Shown here: piece by piece, positions 1 through 20,519 of the stretch | Layout: every line of letters begins with the position of its first letter | Position numbering within the stretch: position 1 is the first letter of the stretch | Source of the DNA: Salpingoeca rosetta | Lineage: Eukaryota; Protista; Choanoflagellata | Reading direction: 5' to 3' | NCBI GenBank assembly: GCA_033442325.1 | Contig: JAWQFM010000012.1 | Span: forward strand, 194,451 to 258,450 | Length of the DNA: 64,000 nucleotides | Position numbers and translations under genes: made by a program | The notes under the pieces: model-generated | What the model saw: only the letters and a program-made list of their open reading frames with translations | Database searches by the model: none | Told to the model about the DNA's origin: nothing

Positions 1-98
1 ACACACACACACACACACACACACACGATCCCCTCAGACCGTAATTCATAGGTCTTCATCCAACCACCACCACCACCATCCCATCCATCACACCTCAG

Positions 99-190
99 TG
101 CTGCCTGGTGGCGAGTGGCGCGACTTTGACGCAGGAAAGCTTCCCTCCAAAGACATCGCACCAAAACATGACGATGACCAGGAGCAGTAA
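99..190 (+). CDS. Probable last exon of an upstream gene that begins outside the window
   Basis: Acceptor ctcag at 94-98 follows CA-rich intron-like sequence. The frame reads LPGGEWRDFDAGKLPSKDIAPKHDDDQEQ* (TAA 188-190). Product unknown. Confidence 0.35.
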
Positions 191-493
191 TGCTTGGACC
201 CGTGGTCACATGTGTGCACGCGCGCATGCGTGTGGCGACATGTGTATTGTACTTCCTTCCCCCCCCCCCTCTTTCCAATCACATCTGCAGCTGCGGCTCC
301 AAGCCGCCCACTTCGACGCGTACGTGTCTGCTGCATTTATTCCACCCCTTCGTATGTGTGTACACGCGCGCGTGCGAACGTAAAGTAACAATGAATTAAA
401 TGAAGCAAGGTACACACACACACTCAATCTTACAACAAGACAAACGAGCAAGCACGCTTCCCATCCCAACAACACACAGCTTGCTCGCCCAAA

Positions 494-8108
<7,615 letters not shown>

Positions 8109-8213
8109 CGCACACACGTCCGTGTTGTTGTTGTTGTTGTGTGTTGTTGTTGTGTGTTGTGTTGTTGTGGCAGTTGCGGTTGTATGTGCGACTGAATTCA
8201 GTCGCAGTATGTT

Positions 8214-8317
<104 letters not shown>

Positions 8318-8586
8318 TCGCTGTTTTCTCACACTCACTCTCTCACTCTCACCCTCACTCTCTCTCACACACACACACTCTCTCTCTCTGTGCTGGACAC
8401 ACGAAAATGGACGCTCTATGCCATCATCTGCAACGACTGCAACAAACACCAAGGGGCAGTGGAAATCACAACGGTAGGGAAAGACAAAAAAAAAGGGGGG
8501 GGGGGCACACAACGATGCACATGACGAAGATGAACACACCAACCACACACGTTCATGCACCAGACACACACACACACACACACACG

Positions 8587-8641
<55 letters not shown>

Positions 8642-8824
8642 ATGCACATGCACACACGCACACACACACACACGCACGCACGCACGCACGGGGTTGTGAG
8701 CGTTGATGTTACGAGGGCCCCTTGGCCATTGGTGCTGGTAGATGTACACAGAGAGTCACTCACGCGTGCCAAGCAATCATCTTGTGTGGTGCACAACACA
8801 TGACTGAAGTTGTGGGTCAACTGA

Positions 8825-9055
8825 CTGGCTGAGCTGGTAGGAGCTGCCAACAACAAACTTGAGCTTGTCCACAGGCACGCCAATGGAGATGAGCATCGCC
8901 TGGTGCATGTACGGCAGCGGACGTGTGATGTGTGCCGCAGAGTGAGAATAAGAGATTGGCACAACACAGTGTTGCGCTTTGCGATGGACGATATACACGC
9001 GTGCCGCACGCGCACAGGGGCTCAACATACGCTTACACAGAGGCGACCACATACA

Positions 9056-9089
<34 letters not shown>

Positions 9090-9253
9090 CGCACCTCCAT
9101 GAGGACTTCGGGCTTGGTGGTCTCCTGCAGGCCACGTGTGATGAGGTTGAAGCGCTCCTCGGGGGTGGTGGGCTCGTTGCTCGTCTTCACGGGCTCCGTC
9201 GGCAGCTCCGACACGGGCTGCCCGAAGCGGCTCCACGCAAACGTCGACGACAT
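8825..9253 (-). pseudogene. YARS-like: Truncated cytosolic tyrosyl-tRNA synthetase fragment (two exons)
   Basis: Exon 9253-9095 reads ...TPEERFNLITRGLQE... (human SPEEKLHLITRNLQE). Exon 8899-8826 reads AMLISIGVPVDKLKFVVGSSYQLS (human [24 protein letters not shown]). The intervening HIGH-motif segment and everything downstream, including KMSSS, were not found. Confidence 0.7.
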
Positions 9254-9557
9254 CTCGTGTTTGAGGCGGTGTGGTGGTGTCGGTGTGGGTGGTGTATGTG
9301 TTACGCACAGTGGTCTCACGTGTGTCAAGCTGGAGGAGTGTGTTTGATGTGTGCGATTTTCTCTCACACACACGTTGACAATTCCCTCAATCTGCAACCC
9401 TCGCCAATACACTCGTGCACACAGACGCACAAGCAAGCAAACAGACAAGCAAGTCTCTTGGCGCCGAGTGGGCCTGCTAGTGGCCCTTTGCTCCTGAACT
9501 GCCCACCTCCGAACACACACACGAACAAACACAAGAACGCACACACGCCAACAAGTG

Positions 9558-9968
9558 ATGGCAATCACCTCCATCTCCCTTTCCAACACGACGTATGCGC
9601 AGGTGGTGCTAGCGGCACTGCTGCTGCTCATCTACGTGGCGGCATGGAACAAGCTGTCGTGCACCTGCAACGACCCCAGCTCAGTGACTCCCGATAGCGG
9701 CAATGCACAGCGCGACGCCCTGCGTCTCTTGGAGAATTCCAACTTCCAGCTCGCCTCTGCACCGGCGTCGTCGCAGCAGCATCAACGACTCGATGCGCGC
9801 GCCACGTCGCCAACACACGCAGCCAGAGCTGATGAGCCTTCTCCAGAGGCTCAAGCAGCCACAGTTTCACACGCCAGCCATGGGCAGCAACAACAGCAGC
9901 AACAGCACCAGCACCAACAACCGCAACAACAACAGCACCAACAACAGCAACAGCAACAACAACAGCAA

Positions 9969-10045
<77 letters not shown>

Positions 10046-11876
10046 CCAAGATCAAACGCAGATCGGCGACAGCGGACTTGAGATCCAACACAACGGGTGC
10101 TTGCACATTTCACCAAACCAGCTCATGGCATCGACAACGAAAATGCTCGACCTAACGCCCGACCGGTGCGCAGAGCACTGCTACAGCCAAGGGCTCGGTG
10201 TGTCGGTGCTGACGGGCGAGATCCAGTGCGGGTGCATGCGGGAGCTGCCACGTGACCTGGAGCAGGACGCGGACAAGTGCCCGCTTCCCTGCGCCGGGCT
10301 GAAGGGCGCCAGCAAGCCAACGTGTGGTGGGCGCGCGTGGTGGTGCGACATCTACACAACGTCGACGCCGCTCAAGGAGGCCATCACCGTGTACATTGCG
10401 CCGGCCAAGCGCACATCAAGCCTGTACTTCACGGGCCGCTTCGAGCGCTACTACGGCGACAAGTATGTGTACGTGAACAAGGCGCTGAATCACCAGGTCA
10501 CGCGGACCTTGGCCGACTTCTACGAGGAGGTGTGCGTGCGACAGCCGGGGAAGAAGGTGTTTGTGCAGATTGCGGGCGCGGTCGACTTTGTGCTCACGCA
10601 CTTCCCGGAGGAGTCTGTGCTCGTGCTGACCGCTGACGAGGTGGGCAGCTGGGGGCTGGTGCACAACGGCCGTGCCATTGGCCCGCATGGCGATGGCAGC
10701 CCGCTGGAGACGGTCGACGGGCACGCAGACATCCCTGCGCACGTGTTCCCGTTCTTCCGGCAGTACTACGACCCGCGGCAGTGGGCGGCGTGGGGCGATG
10801 GCAACGTGCGCTTCATGCCGCTGGGGTCCAGGAATGAGTTCCCCGACATCGACCCGTTTGCAACAAAACCAGCGTCAGAGCGCACCTTCGTGTATGCGTA
10901 CATGGTGGCATTGACAGATGCCACGCGACAGCGCGTCCACACCATCCTCAAGAACGACACCACCATCCCACAGGACAAGGTTCTTGTTGTGGCGCTGATT
11001 GTGTTGTGTCGTGCTGTGTTGTGCTGTGTTGTGTTGTGTCGTGTCGTGCTGTGTTGTGGGGTTAGTTGTGTTGGCTGTGCTTTGACGAGGTTTGGGTCCT
11101 GTGACACCGCCTCACACTCTTCACACGCCTTGCACGCTGTGGTGTTACATCACGACACCATCAAGCGGTTCATCCACGTTGCACAACATTGGCACGGCTC
11201 TGCGAACAACGAGGAGTATGTGAGCCCGGCCCGTTATGGGGAACTCATGCAGGATTCCATCTTCATCCTCTGCCCAAAGGTCAGTGCCTGCGGTGTCAAA
11301 TGTGTTTGTGTGTGTGTGTGTTTTGTGTGTGTGTGTGTGTGTGTGTGTGCACATGTGTGTGTGTGTGTTGTGCGATTGATGCGAGCTTCCTGTTTGTCGC
11401 TGCCTGTAGCCATGTCACTGAAGTGTGCCGCAACACACGTATCCCCACTTCCATCCCCACTTCCATCCCCACTTCCCTCATCCCATGTCACCTCACTCGC
11501 CATCACCTCATTCGCCCTGTTGACAACGCAGGGCCATCACGTTGAGCAGTTCCGCATCTACGAAGCGCTGGAGGCGGGCGCCATCCCCGTACTTGCGCGC
11601 GACAACGGATATCTGGACACGCACATGCCGGCAGAGTACCTCTCGTCGCCAATGCTCATCCTGGACGACTGGGGCGACGCCGTTACCGCGATGGCTGCGC
11701 TGGCAGGGCGCAGGGAGGAGGTGGACAGGCGGCAGCGGGAGGTACGGCAATGGTACGCGGCCATGATGGCGGGAAAGGCGAGGGAGATTGAGGAGGTGTT
11801 GGAAAGCAAGGAGGGCCAGACAACGGGATTCTGCAGTGACTACAGAAAGAAGGAGCTCTTGGGAGACGGTGTGTAA
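9558..11876 (+). CDS. Type II membrane glycosyltransferase: TM, polyQ stem, WSC domain, RXYLT1(TMEM5)/exostosin GT47-like domain
   Basis: N-terminal hydrophobic anchor VVLAALLLLIYVAAW. WSC cysteine pattern GC...TPDRCAEHC...QCGC...CPLPCAG...CGG...IY. C-terminal YGELMQDSIFILCPK|GHHVEQFRIYEALEAGAIPV. Exons 9558-10979, 11166-11279, 11532-11876. Confidence 0.75.
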
Positions 11877-11942
11877 GCGTTGAGACCATGCAGGCGGTGG
11901 CGGTATCCTGGTGTCCAGTGTACTTGAAGTGTGTGTGCGTGA

Positions 11943-12050
11943 AGTGAGTGAGTGAGTGAGTGAGTGAGTGAGTGAGTGAGTGAGTGAGTGAGTGAGTGAG
12001 TGAGTGAGTGAGTGAGTGAGTGAGTGAGTGAGTGAGTGAGTGAGTGAGTG
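11943..12050. repeat. (GAGT)n microsatellite, intergenic
   Basis: About 27 units between the glycosyltransferase and EndoG genes. Confidence 0.95.
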
Positions 12051-12234
12051 TGTGAGTGTGTGTGTGTGTGTGAAGTGTGTGAGTGTGTGTGTGTGCGTGT
12101 GTGTGTGTGACGCGAGTAGGGCTTGTACGTTGAGGTGTTACAACGTTGCAGTGGGCAGCACAATAAACCAGAGGTCACGAGTTCAAATCCGTTTTATTTT
12201 TTCCCGTCATCGTCTTGTTGTTCAGTGGAACGGG

Positions 12235-12444
12235 ATGACGCTTCTTGGGCGATGGGTGTGGAGAGTTGGCACGGCCGGTGTTGGGGTTGTTGTGGGCACC
12301 GCGCTGGTGAAGAGCGGTCTCCATGCCGATGACGATGCCGTGTCCGTGGCTTCTTCGGTGGGCATGCCTGTGGCCCACGCCCAGTCCACCACCACGACGC
12401 CGCCAGCCCGGCTTCCAACACTGCCTTATGGCTTCCCAGGTCAG

Positions 12445-12515
<71 letters not shown>

Positions 12516-12529
12516 CTGTGTGTGCTCTC

Positions 12530-12560
<31 letters not shown>

Positions 12561-14220
12561 GTATGCTCTGTGTGTGTGTGTGTGCTCTGTGAATGTGTGT
12601 GTGTGTGTGTGCTCTGTGTGTATCTCTCTCCCTCTCTCTCTCTCTCTGTCTGTCTCGTTTTCTCTGTGTACAATCCCAGCAGTGCACCTGTGTGCATGAG
12701 GTTGCTTCGCGCGCGGTGTGTCACATGGAGTCATGTATTGGCGTTGGTTGGTTCCACAGACATGGGCCAGTTGAAGCATCGCCCCTATCATGTCATCTCA
12801 TACAACCAGGCGCTTCGTATCCCCAACTGGGTGTGCGAGGTGCGTGAGTGAAGTGAGCTTGCGCTCGGTCGTGCCTTGCTCTCGGTCGTGCCCTTGCTCT
12901 CGCAGCTGCCTGCGTTGGCCTGCCCTTGCACGCACATTCACGCACGCTGACAATGTCCTCTCAACCATTGCCCACGAACGCTGCTCGTCTGTGTCGCGTG
13001 TAATACGTGCCTCTGATGCTTTCTCTTCCTTCCGACACACGCCCTGCGTGCTGCGCTCCATGGCTTGCAGACCTTTGACGAAGAAACAGTCAAAGCTGGG
13101 TGCGTTTCCTGACATGTGTGCATGTGTGTGTATACGCGTGTGTGCGTTTGTGTGCGTGTGTGCGTGCGTGTGCGTGTGTGCGTGTGTGCGTGTGTGCGTG
13201 TGTGCGTGTGTGCGTGTGTGCGTGTGTGTGTGTGCGTGTGTGCGTGTGTGTGTGTGCGTGTGTGCGTGTGTGTGTGTGTGTGCGTGTGTGCGTGTGTGCG
13301 TGTGTGCGTGTGTGCGTGTGTGCGTGTGTGCGTGTGTGCGTGTGTGCGTGTGTGCGTGCGTGTGCGTGTGCGTGCACGACTGATGGCAGCACCGTGCTGC
13401 TGTGCATGTTGCGCGCTTTTGCATTCGACGTGTACTTCCAGCTCACCCTTTGCCTTCTTTGGTGGTTGCTGTCTTGTGCATGTATGTGTGCCTCAGAACA
13501 ACAGACCGGAAACACTGCCCATTTAAGACAGACAACTCCATCCACCCGTACTTTCAATCCGTCGACAGTGACTACAGGTGCACGCGCTGTGTTGTGCGCT
13601 ACCTGTGTGCATGTGTGCATCTTGTGTGCTGTGTGTTGTTTGTTGTGTGCTGTGTGTTGTGTGCTGTTTTTTGTGTTCTGTGAATGTGCTGTGAGTGTGT
13701 TGTGAGTGTGCTGTGAGTGTCAAACAGACCGCCTGCCTGCCTGTTCCTCCCAACGACGCCGTTCACCCCCTGTCTGCCCAACCGTGCTCACGTGACTCCT
13801 CGATGATCAGGGGAAGCGGGTATGATCGAGGTCACCTGGCCGCAGCCGCAAACCACCGCACGTACGTGAAGCCGCAGAGTGCGACAGAGACAGAAAGGCA
13901 GTGAGACAGAGAGAAGCAGCGGAAAGACAGAGACAGAGACAAGAAGGGGCAGGCAGGAAGAGAGATAGAGGCCAGCAGCAGAGAGTTAGACAGGAAGATA
14001 ACGGCAAGACAGCCACGCCTTCCCCAAGAGCTCATTCCTTGTTGACTGTGCTTGTGGCATCTCACCAGGAGCCAAGAGCACATGCAGTCGACGTTCTTCT
14101 TCAGCAACATTGCACCGCAGGTTGGGCAGGGCTTTAACCGGGATGCGTGGAACCAGCTCGAAGGATACGTTCGCCGCCTCACAAAGGCATACACACACGT
14201 CCATGTCTGCTCAGGTCAGG

Positions 14221-14280
<60 letters not shown>

Positions 14281-15148
14281 GTGTGTGTGCACTATCTGGG
14301 CGGGCGCTTCGCTTACCCACCACTCACCTGCTCCCCCACTTCCTTCTTTGTCCTCCTCAAATGAATGTTCAGGCCCACTGTTCCTTCCAACGCGAACACC
14401 GGATGGCCGCATGATGGTTTCGTATGAGGTGCGTGTTTCCGCCTTTGCTTCTACATGTCCACATGCGCCACGTGCTTCAATCACAACGCACACATACATA
14501 CACACACACTCACACCCACACACATACATACACTCCCACGCACACGCACACACTCGCGCACACACTCGCACACACAGGTGATTGGGAAGAACCGCGTGGC
14601 TGTGCCGACGCATTTCTTCAAGGTGGTGGTTGGCAAGACGCCCAAAGGCCAGCTTGAGATTCAAAGCTTCATCATGCCCAACAAGCCCATCGCTGCTGGT
14701 CAGCCCCTCATCAACTTCCTCGTCCCGCTCGAAGACGTCGAGCGCGCAGCAGGTGTGAATGCGTTGCGTGCGTGTGCGTTGTGTGGGTATGTTTTGTGTG
14801 CGTAGGATTTGTGTGTTTTGTGTGCGCTTGTGCGCTGTGAGGATGTGCGTGTGTGTGTTTGCTGTGTAGGTTGGTGCACAGGCACGCGTGCCCCTTTCTG
14901 CGAATGCACACCGTTGCATACTGTTTGATCTTCGCACAACAACGTGGCATGTTGTTCACCTCAGGCCACCCCTCCTTTTCCCCTCCCGTCCCGCTCACTC
15001 TGTTTTGATTTCTCACTCTTCACCCGCTCCACCTCCCCCCTTGCCCACAGGCGTGCTGTTCTTTGAAGGCATCCCGAACAAGTATGCGTACACGTACCGC
15101 AAGAACGGCAAGCTGGGCGGCCGCTTTGACAAGCGTGACAAGACGTAG
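12235..15148 (+). CDS. ENDOG: Mitochondrial endonuclease G / Nuc1 (DNA/RNA non-specific nuclease)
   Basis: Exons encode [29 protein letters not shown] (DRGH active site), [36 protein letters not shown] and [10 protein letters not shown]|GVLFF. Stop at 15148. Confidence 0.92.
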
Positions 15149-15295
15149 CAGCGAGGAGAAGGGCTTATGATTCTGCCTCGCTGCTCGTGCTGTTGTTTCT
15201 GCTGGCTCTGCTGCTTCAGCTCCTGTCTGTGCTACTTCAGCTGCTGTTTTCGTGCTGCTGCTACTACGGCTGTCGATCAGTCACAGTCAAAGTCA

Positions 15296-15365
15296 CAGCA
15301 CAGCACAGCACAGCACAGCACAGCACAGCCACAGCACAGCACAGCACAGCACAGCACAGCACAGC
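15296..15365. repeat. (CAGCA)n pentanucleotide repeat
   Basis: Tandem cagca units between EndoG and BiP. Confidence 0.9.
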
Positions 15366-15538
15366 GCATGGCGCTTGGTCTCGTTGTGTCGTAGGATAAA
15401 AAACCCACCGCCAACACCCGCTGATGCGATACAGAGAGAGGGCAGTCAAGGAGGAGGAGCAAGGAGGAGGACGCGCGGTCATGTTATGTTGTCATGTCAT
15501 CATGTCACTCATGCATTCCCACCACAACAACAACGTCA

Positions 15539-15713
15539 ACACGTCAGTCGACCACACCACCACAACAACCAACACAACGCACTTCTGGCTGCTTCTGGCA
15601 AAGTGCTGACATCAGCAAGAATGGCGTGGTCGAGCGAAAACGATGACACGTGTCAGACAAAAGCACGAAATGTGGTGGAAAACATCAACAACCGCCGTTC
15701 TCTGCCACGTAAG
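15539..15713 (+). promoter_or_regulatory. Cluster of ACGT-core bZIP (UPRE-like) motifs upstream of BiP
   Basis: ACACGTCAG at 15539, perfect palindrome TGACACGTGTCA at 15644-15655 and TGCCACGTAAG at 15703. All lie 255-430 bp upstream of the BiP ATG. Confidence 0.45.
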
Positions 15714-15968
15714 ACGGAACCAGAAGCAGCAAGCAAACTCACACAAAGCACAACAAAGCCAGTGCAAAAGCAAGCAAAGCAAGGAAGCAAGGAAGCAGCG
15801 CCAGAAGCTGACGCGCAAAGCAAGCCGCTTCTCTTCATTTTCCACCCCATCAACGTTGGTCGGTTGCTGCTGCTGTTGCTGTTGGAAGACCGAACGAACA
15901 GGGCCAAGGCAGATCACAACGCGCTGAGAAGACGCACGCGTGCTTCCATCCAGACACACAGACAGACG

Positions 15969-16287
15969 ATGAAGTTCTCGTACAAGGCCACGGCCATTGC
16001 GCTGCTGGCCCTGCTTGCTGTTGCAGCGGCTGCTGATGACAGCGACGACGTTGGCACAGTGATTGGCATTGACCTCGGCACCACCTACTCCTGGTGAGTG
16101 TTTGTCTGAGTGTGCTGTGTGAGTGAATGAGTGTATGTGCGTGCGTATGTGTGTGTGTGTGCTGCGTGCGGTGTGAGTGCGTGCGTGTAACTGCGTTGTT
16201 GTCGTTGGTGGTGGTGGTGGGAAACTCGCACCCGCCAGTGTAAACGTGCACACAGACATGCATGCGTGCACCAACCACAACGTCGCT

Positions 16288-16377
<90 letters not shown>

Positions 16378-16846
16378 CGTCTTTATTTCCATCCCACGCA
16401 CACCCCACGCACACCCTCACGCACGCATACCACCCGCACACCACCACCCCTTCCCCCCCCCGTCTTGTGCAGCGTTGGCGTGTTCAAGAACGGCCGCGTG
16501 GAGATTATCCCCAACGACCAGGGTAACCGCATCACGCCGTCGTATGTGGCGTTTACGGAGGATGGCGAGCGCCTGATTGGCGACGCCGCCAAGAACCAGC
16601 TCACGTCCAACCCGGAAAACACCGTTTTCGACGCCAAGCGCCTCATCGGCCGCAACTGGGGCGACCAGACAGTGCAGCGCGACAAGAAGTTCTTCCCCTT
16701 CACCATGGTCAACCGCAACGACAAGCCCTCCATCCAGGTGACGACCAAGGACGGCAAGAAGGAGTTCCAGCCCGAGGAGATTTCCGCCATGGTCCTCTCC
16801 AAGATGAGGGAGATTGCCGAGGCCTACCTGGGCAAGAAGGTCACCC

Positions 16847-16907
<61 letters not shown>

Positions 16908-18306
16908 AGGCACCATTGCCGGCCTCAACGTCATGCGCATCATCAACGAGCCCACGGCTGCCGCCATCGCCTACGGCCTGGACAAGAAGGAGGGCGAGAA
17001 GAACGTGCTCGTCTTCGATCTCGGTGGCGGCACCTTCGACGTGACCCTGCTCACCATCGACAACGGCGTCTTTGAGGTGCTTGCCACCAACGGTGACACC
17101 CACCTCGGTGGCGAGGACTTTGACCAGCGCGTCATGGACTACTTTGTCAAGCTGTACAAGAAGAAGCACGGCAAGGACATCCGCAAGGACCACCGCACCA
17201 TGCAGAAGCTGCGCCGCGAGGTTGAGAAGGCCAAGCGCGCCCTCAGCTCCCAGCACCAGACGCGCATTGAGATTGAGTCGTTCTTTGAGGGCGAGGACTT
17301 CTCCGAGACGCTCACCCGCGCCCGCTTTGAGGAGCTCAACATGGACCTCTTCCGCTCCACGCTCAAGCCCGTGAAGAAGGTCATGGAGGACGCCGACCTG
17401 AGCAAGGACGAGGTGGACGAGATTGTGCTCGTCGGTGGCTCCACCCGCATCCCCAAGATCCAGCAGCTGGTCAAGGACTACTTCAACGGCAAGGAGCCCA
17501 GCCGCGGCATCAACCCCGATGAGGCTGTGGCCTACGGTGCAGCCGTGCAGGGCGGCGTGCTCAGCGGCGAGGAGGAGACGGGCGACCTCGTGCTCCTCGA
17601 CGTCAACCCGCTCACCCTCGGCATTGAGACAGTTGGCGGCGTCATGACCAAGCTCATTGAGCGCAACTCTGTCGTGCCCACCAAGAAGTCGCAGATCTTC
17701 TCCACCGCCGCGGACAACCAGCCCACGGTGACCATCCAGGTGTTTGAGGGCGAGCGCCCCATGACCAAGGACAACCACCTGCTGGGCAAGTTTGACCTGA
17801 ACAACATCCCGCCCGCGCCGCGCGGCGTGCCCCAGATTGAGGTGACGTTTGAGATTGACGTCAACGGTATCCTGCGCGTGTCTGCGGAGGACAAGGGCAC
17901 GGGCTCCAAGGAGTCGATTACCATCACCAACGACAAGAACCGCCTCACCCCGGAGGACATTGACCGCATGATCAAGGAGGCCGAGAAGTACGCGGAGGAG
18001 GACAAGCTGGTGAAGGAGCGCGTGGAGGCGCGCAACGAGCTGGAGAGCTACCTGTACGGCCTGAAGAACCAGCTGGGCGACGACGACAAGCTCGGCGGCA
18101 AGCTCAGCGAGGAGGACAAGGAGACGATTGAGGAGGCCATTGACGAGAAGATCTCGTGGCTCTCGGAGAACGAGGACGCCGACGTGGACGACTTCAAGGC
18201 CGCGAAGAAGGAGGTGGAGGACATTGCCACCCCAATCATCTCCCAGCTGTACCAGGGCGCCGAGGGCGCTGCAGAGGACGAGGGCGAGGAGCACGACGAG
18301 CTCTAA
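15969..18306 (+). CDS. HSPA5: ER luminal Hsp70 BiP/GRP78
   Basis: Signal peptide [33 protein letters not shown]|C and a single intron at 16094-16472. Full Hsp70 motifs, C-terminal HDEL and strong GC3 codon bias. Confidence 0.98.
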
Positions 18307-18771
18307 ACGAACCCACCCACACCACGAACCGAAAACGCACCACACACACCACACACAACATATTCCTGCTTACCTTGCTGTTTTGTTTTCGTGCACTCCT
18401 CTCCTCCTTTCCTCCTCTCCCTCCTCATCTTTCTCCTGTCCTTCCCCCTGCCTACCTCACCAGGTTAAAGCTGCAACTGTGTGTCTTCCTCTTTCATGAT
18501 GAATGCGGCGCTCCAATGCGCGTTTGTACACCACAGATGGAAAAAACAAAAAGTAAAACATTGCTGTAAGACAACTGCTGTTGTGTAAGGCAACGTGAAG
18601 CGAGTGCGTGCGTGTGTTTGTTGGTTGCGTTTGGGCTTGGTTGTCTTGTTTCGCTCTCTATTCATCGTGAACTCCACGCACATGAGATACGCACATGATG
18701 TGACAAACACACAAAGGAAGAGACATCACATCACAAAGCACGAAGCACGTGTCACAGTCATGTCACAACAA

Positions 18772-19056
18772 TCAGTTGTCCTCTGCGCGGTTGTCTTCCA
18801 GGATGATTCGCTTGGTCTGCTGCGTCGCGTCGTCTGTGTCGTTTGGTTTTGTGTGTGTGTGTGTGTGTGAGTGAGAGTGTGAGAGTGTGAGTGTGTGTGT
18901 GAGTGAATGTGTGTGAGTGAGAGTGAGAGTGTGTGAGTGTGTGAGTGTGTGAGTGTGTGAGTGTGTGAGCCGAGAGAGAGAGAGAGAGAGAGTGTGTGTG
19001 TGTGTGTGTGTGAGTGTGTGAGTGTGTGAGTGTGTGAGTGTGTGAGTGTGTGAGCC

Positions 19057-19090
<34 letters not shown>

Positions 19091-19686
19091 GAGTGTGTGT
19101 GTGAGTGTGAGTGTGAGTGTGTGTGTGTGTGTGAGTGAGTGTGTGAGTATGTGTGTGTGTGTGTTTGAGTTCGAGTGTGAAGGGGAAAAACTTGAGAACA
19201 GGGCTTGTGCGCGTGTCTGTCCATCTCCAGCCCCGCCTTACACAAACTGCATGCAGCCCACACACCTTTGCAGTCGACAAACAGGTATCGGTAGCGGTAG
19301 CTCTTCAGCGTGCTGCCAACAAGCGACGTCTGCCCACGAGCACGTGTGCGTGCGTGTGAGTGTGAGAAACAAGTGTCTTCAGGCGCAAAGCACCTCAACC
19401 GATCAACGAATGGCCACCACCACCACCACCACCACGACGACGACGACGACCACCACCACCACGACAGCATGACAGCAGAACGACAGCATGGTGTACCGGC
19501 TTCTTCATCTCGAGGTATGCAACACCGGTGCCGCGCGTGCCCTTAATCTGAAACTCCATGCGCAGCAGGTTGTTGTCCCCAGCAATGTACTCCGTCGCCC
19601 TGCAATGTGTGTAGCGTGTTAACGTGAGTTGCACGTTAACGTGAGGTGAGGTGAGGTGGACGGTCGTTCTGTGGTGATGCTGGGCA

Positions 19687-19757
<71 letters not shown>

Positions 19758-20420
19758 CGTCCCAGACCGGAAGGGGTTGAAGCCGGCACCGACAGAGCCC
19801 GTCTCAATGGTGCCAAGCACATCTTCCAGCTGCAAAGACAAGAACACACACACACATACACAAATGAGCGTTTGTGTAAAGAGCATTGTTGAGGGCATGT
19901 GGTTAAGATCACCGCAAGTCAACAGCTGAAAGCGAGCCTGTGTCAGAACAAGCACAACGCACACACCTCCTCGCTCTTCTTCAGCTTCTTGATGGTGTCA
20001 GTGTACACGGTGCGGGGCGTCTCCTTGAACAGCAGCTGCTTGCCAATGCTCACCAGAAACAAGACTATGGTTGCGTGTGTGTGCGTGTGAGTGGATGTGT
20101 GGATGTGTGTGCGCGTGTGTGTTTGGAGCAGTCCGTTAGCGTACATACATACGCATGCATGTGGCGCATGGACACACTGTAACATATGGCATCGAGAAAA
20201 CAGAACAACTAACAGATAGCATACAGCTATCACCTCAAAAAGCCAGCCTTCACCTCAAACAGACACACAGCCCCGAGTCGGGCGTACTCACAGCCAAGGC
20301 CGAATCCAATTGCGATGACGCTCACAGAACCAGCATCCTTGCCCGTCTCCACGACTGTGGGCCAGCCCACCAGGACAAACGTGAGCCAACAGCGATGGGA
20401 CGAGGAGGCGGTTGGGCAAG

Positions 20421-20519
<99 letters not shown>

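Noticed and set aside
12160-12195. tRNA-like fragment with a B-box (ccagaggtcacgagttcaaatcc)
   Set aside because: No acceptor stem, D arm or clean T stem can be folded, so it is not a supportable tRNA.
16417-18354. 645-aa antisense ORF over BiP
   Set aside because: It mirrors the Hsp70 frame. Long antisense ORFs are an expected by-product of strong GC3 codon bias in hsp70 genes, and this one shows no independent motifs.
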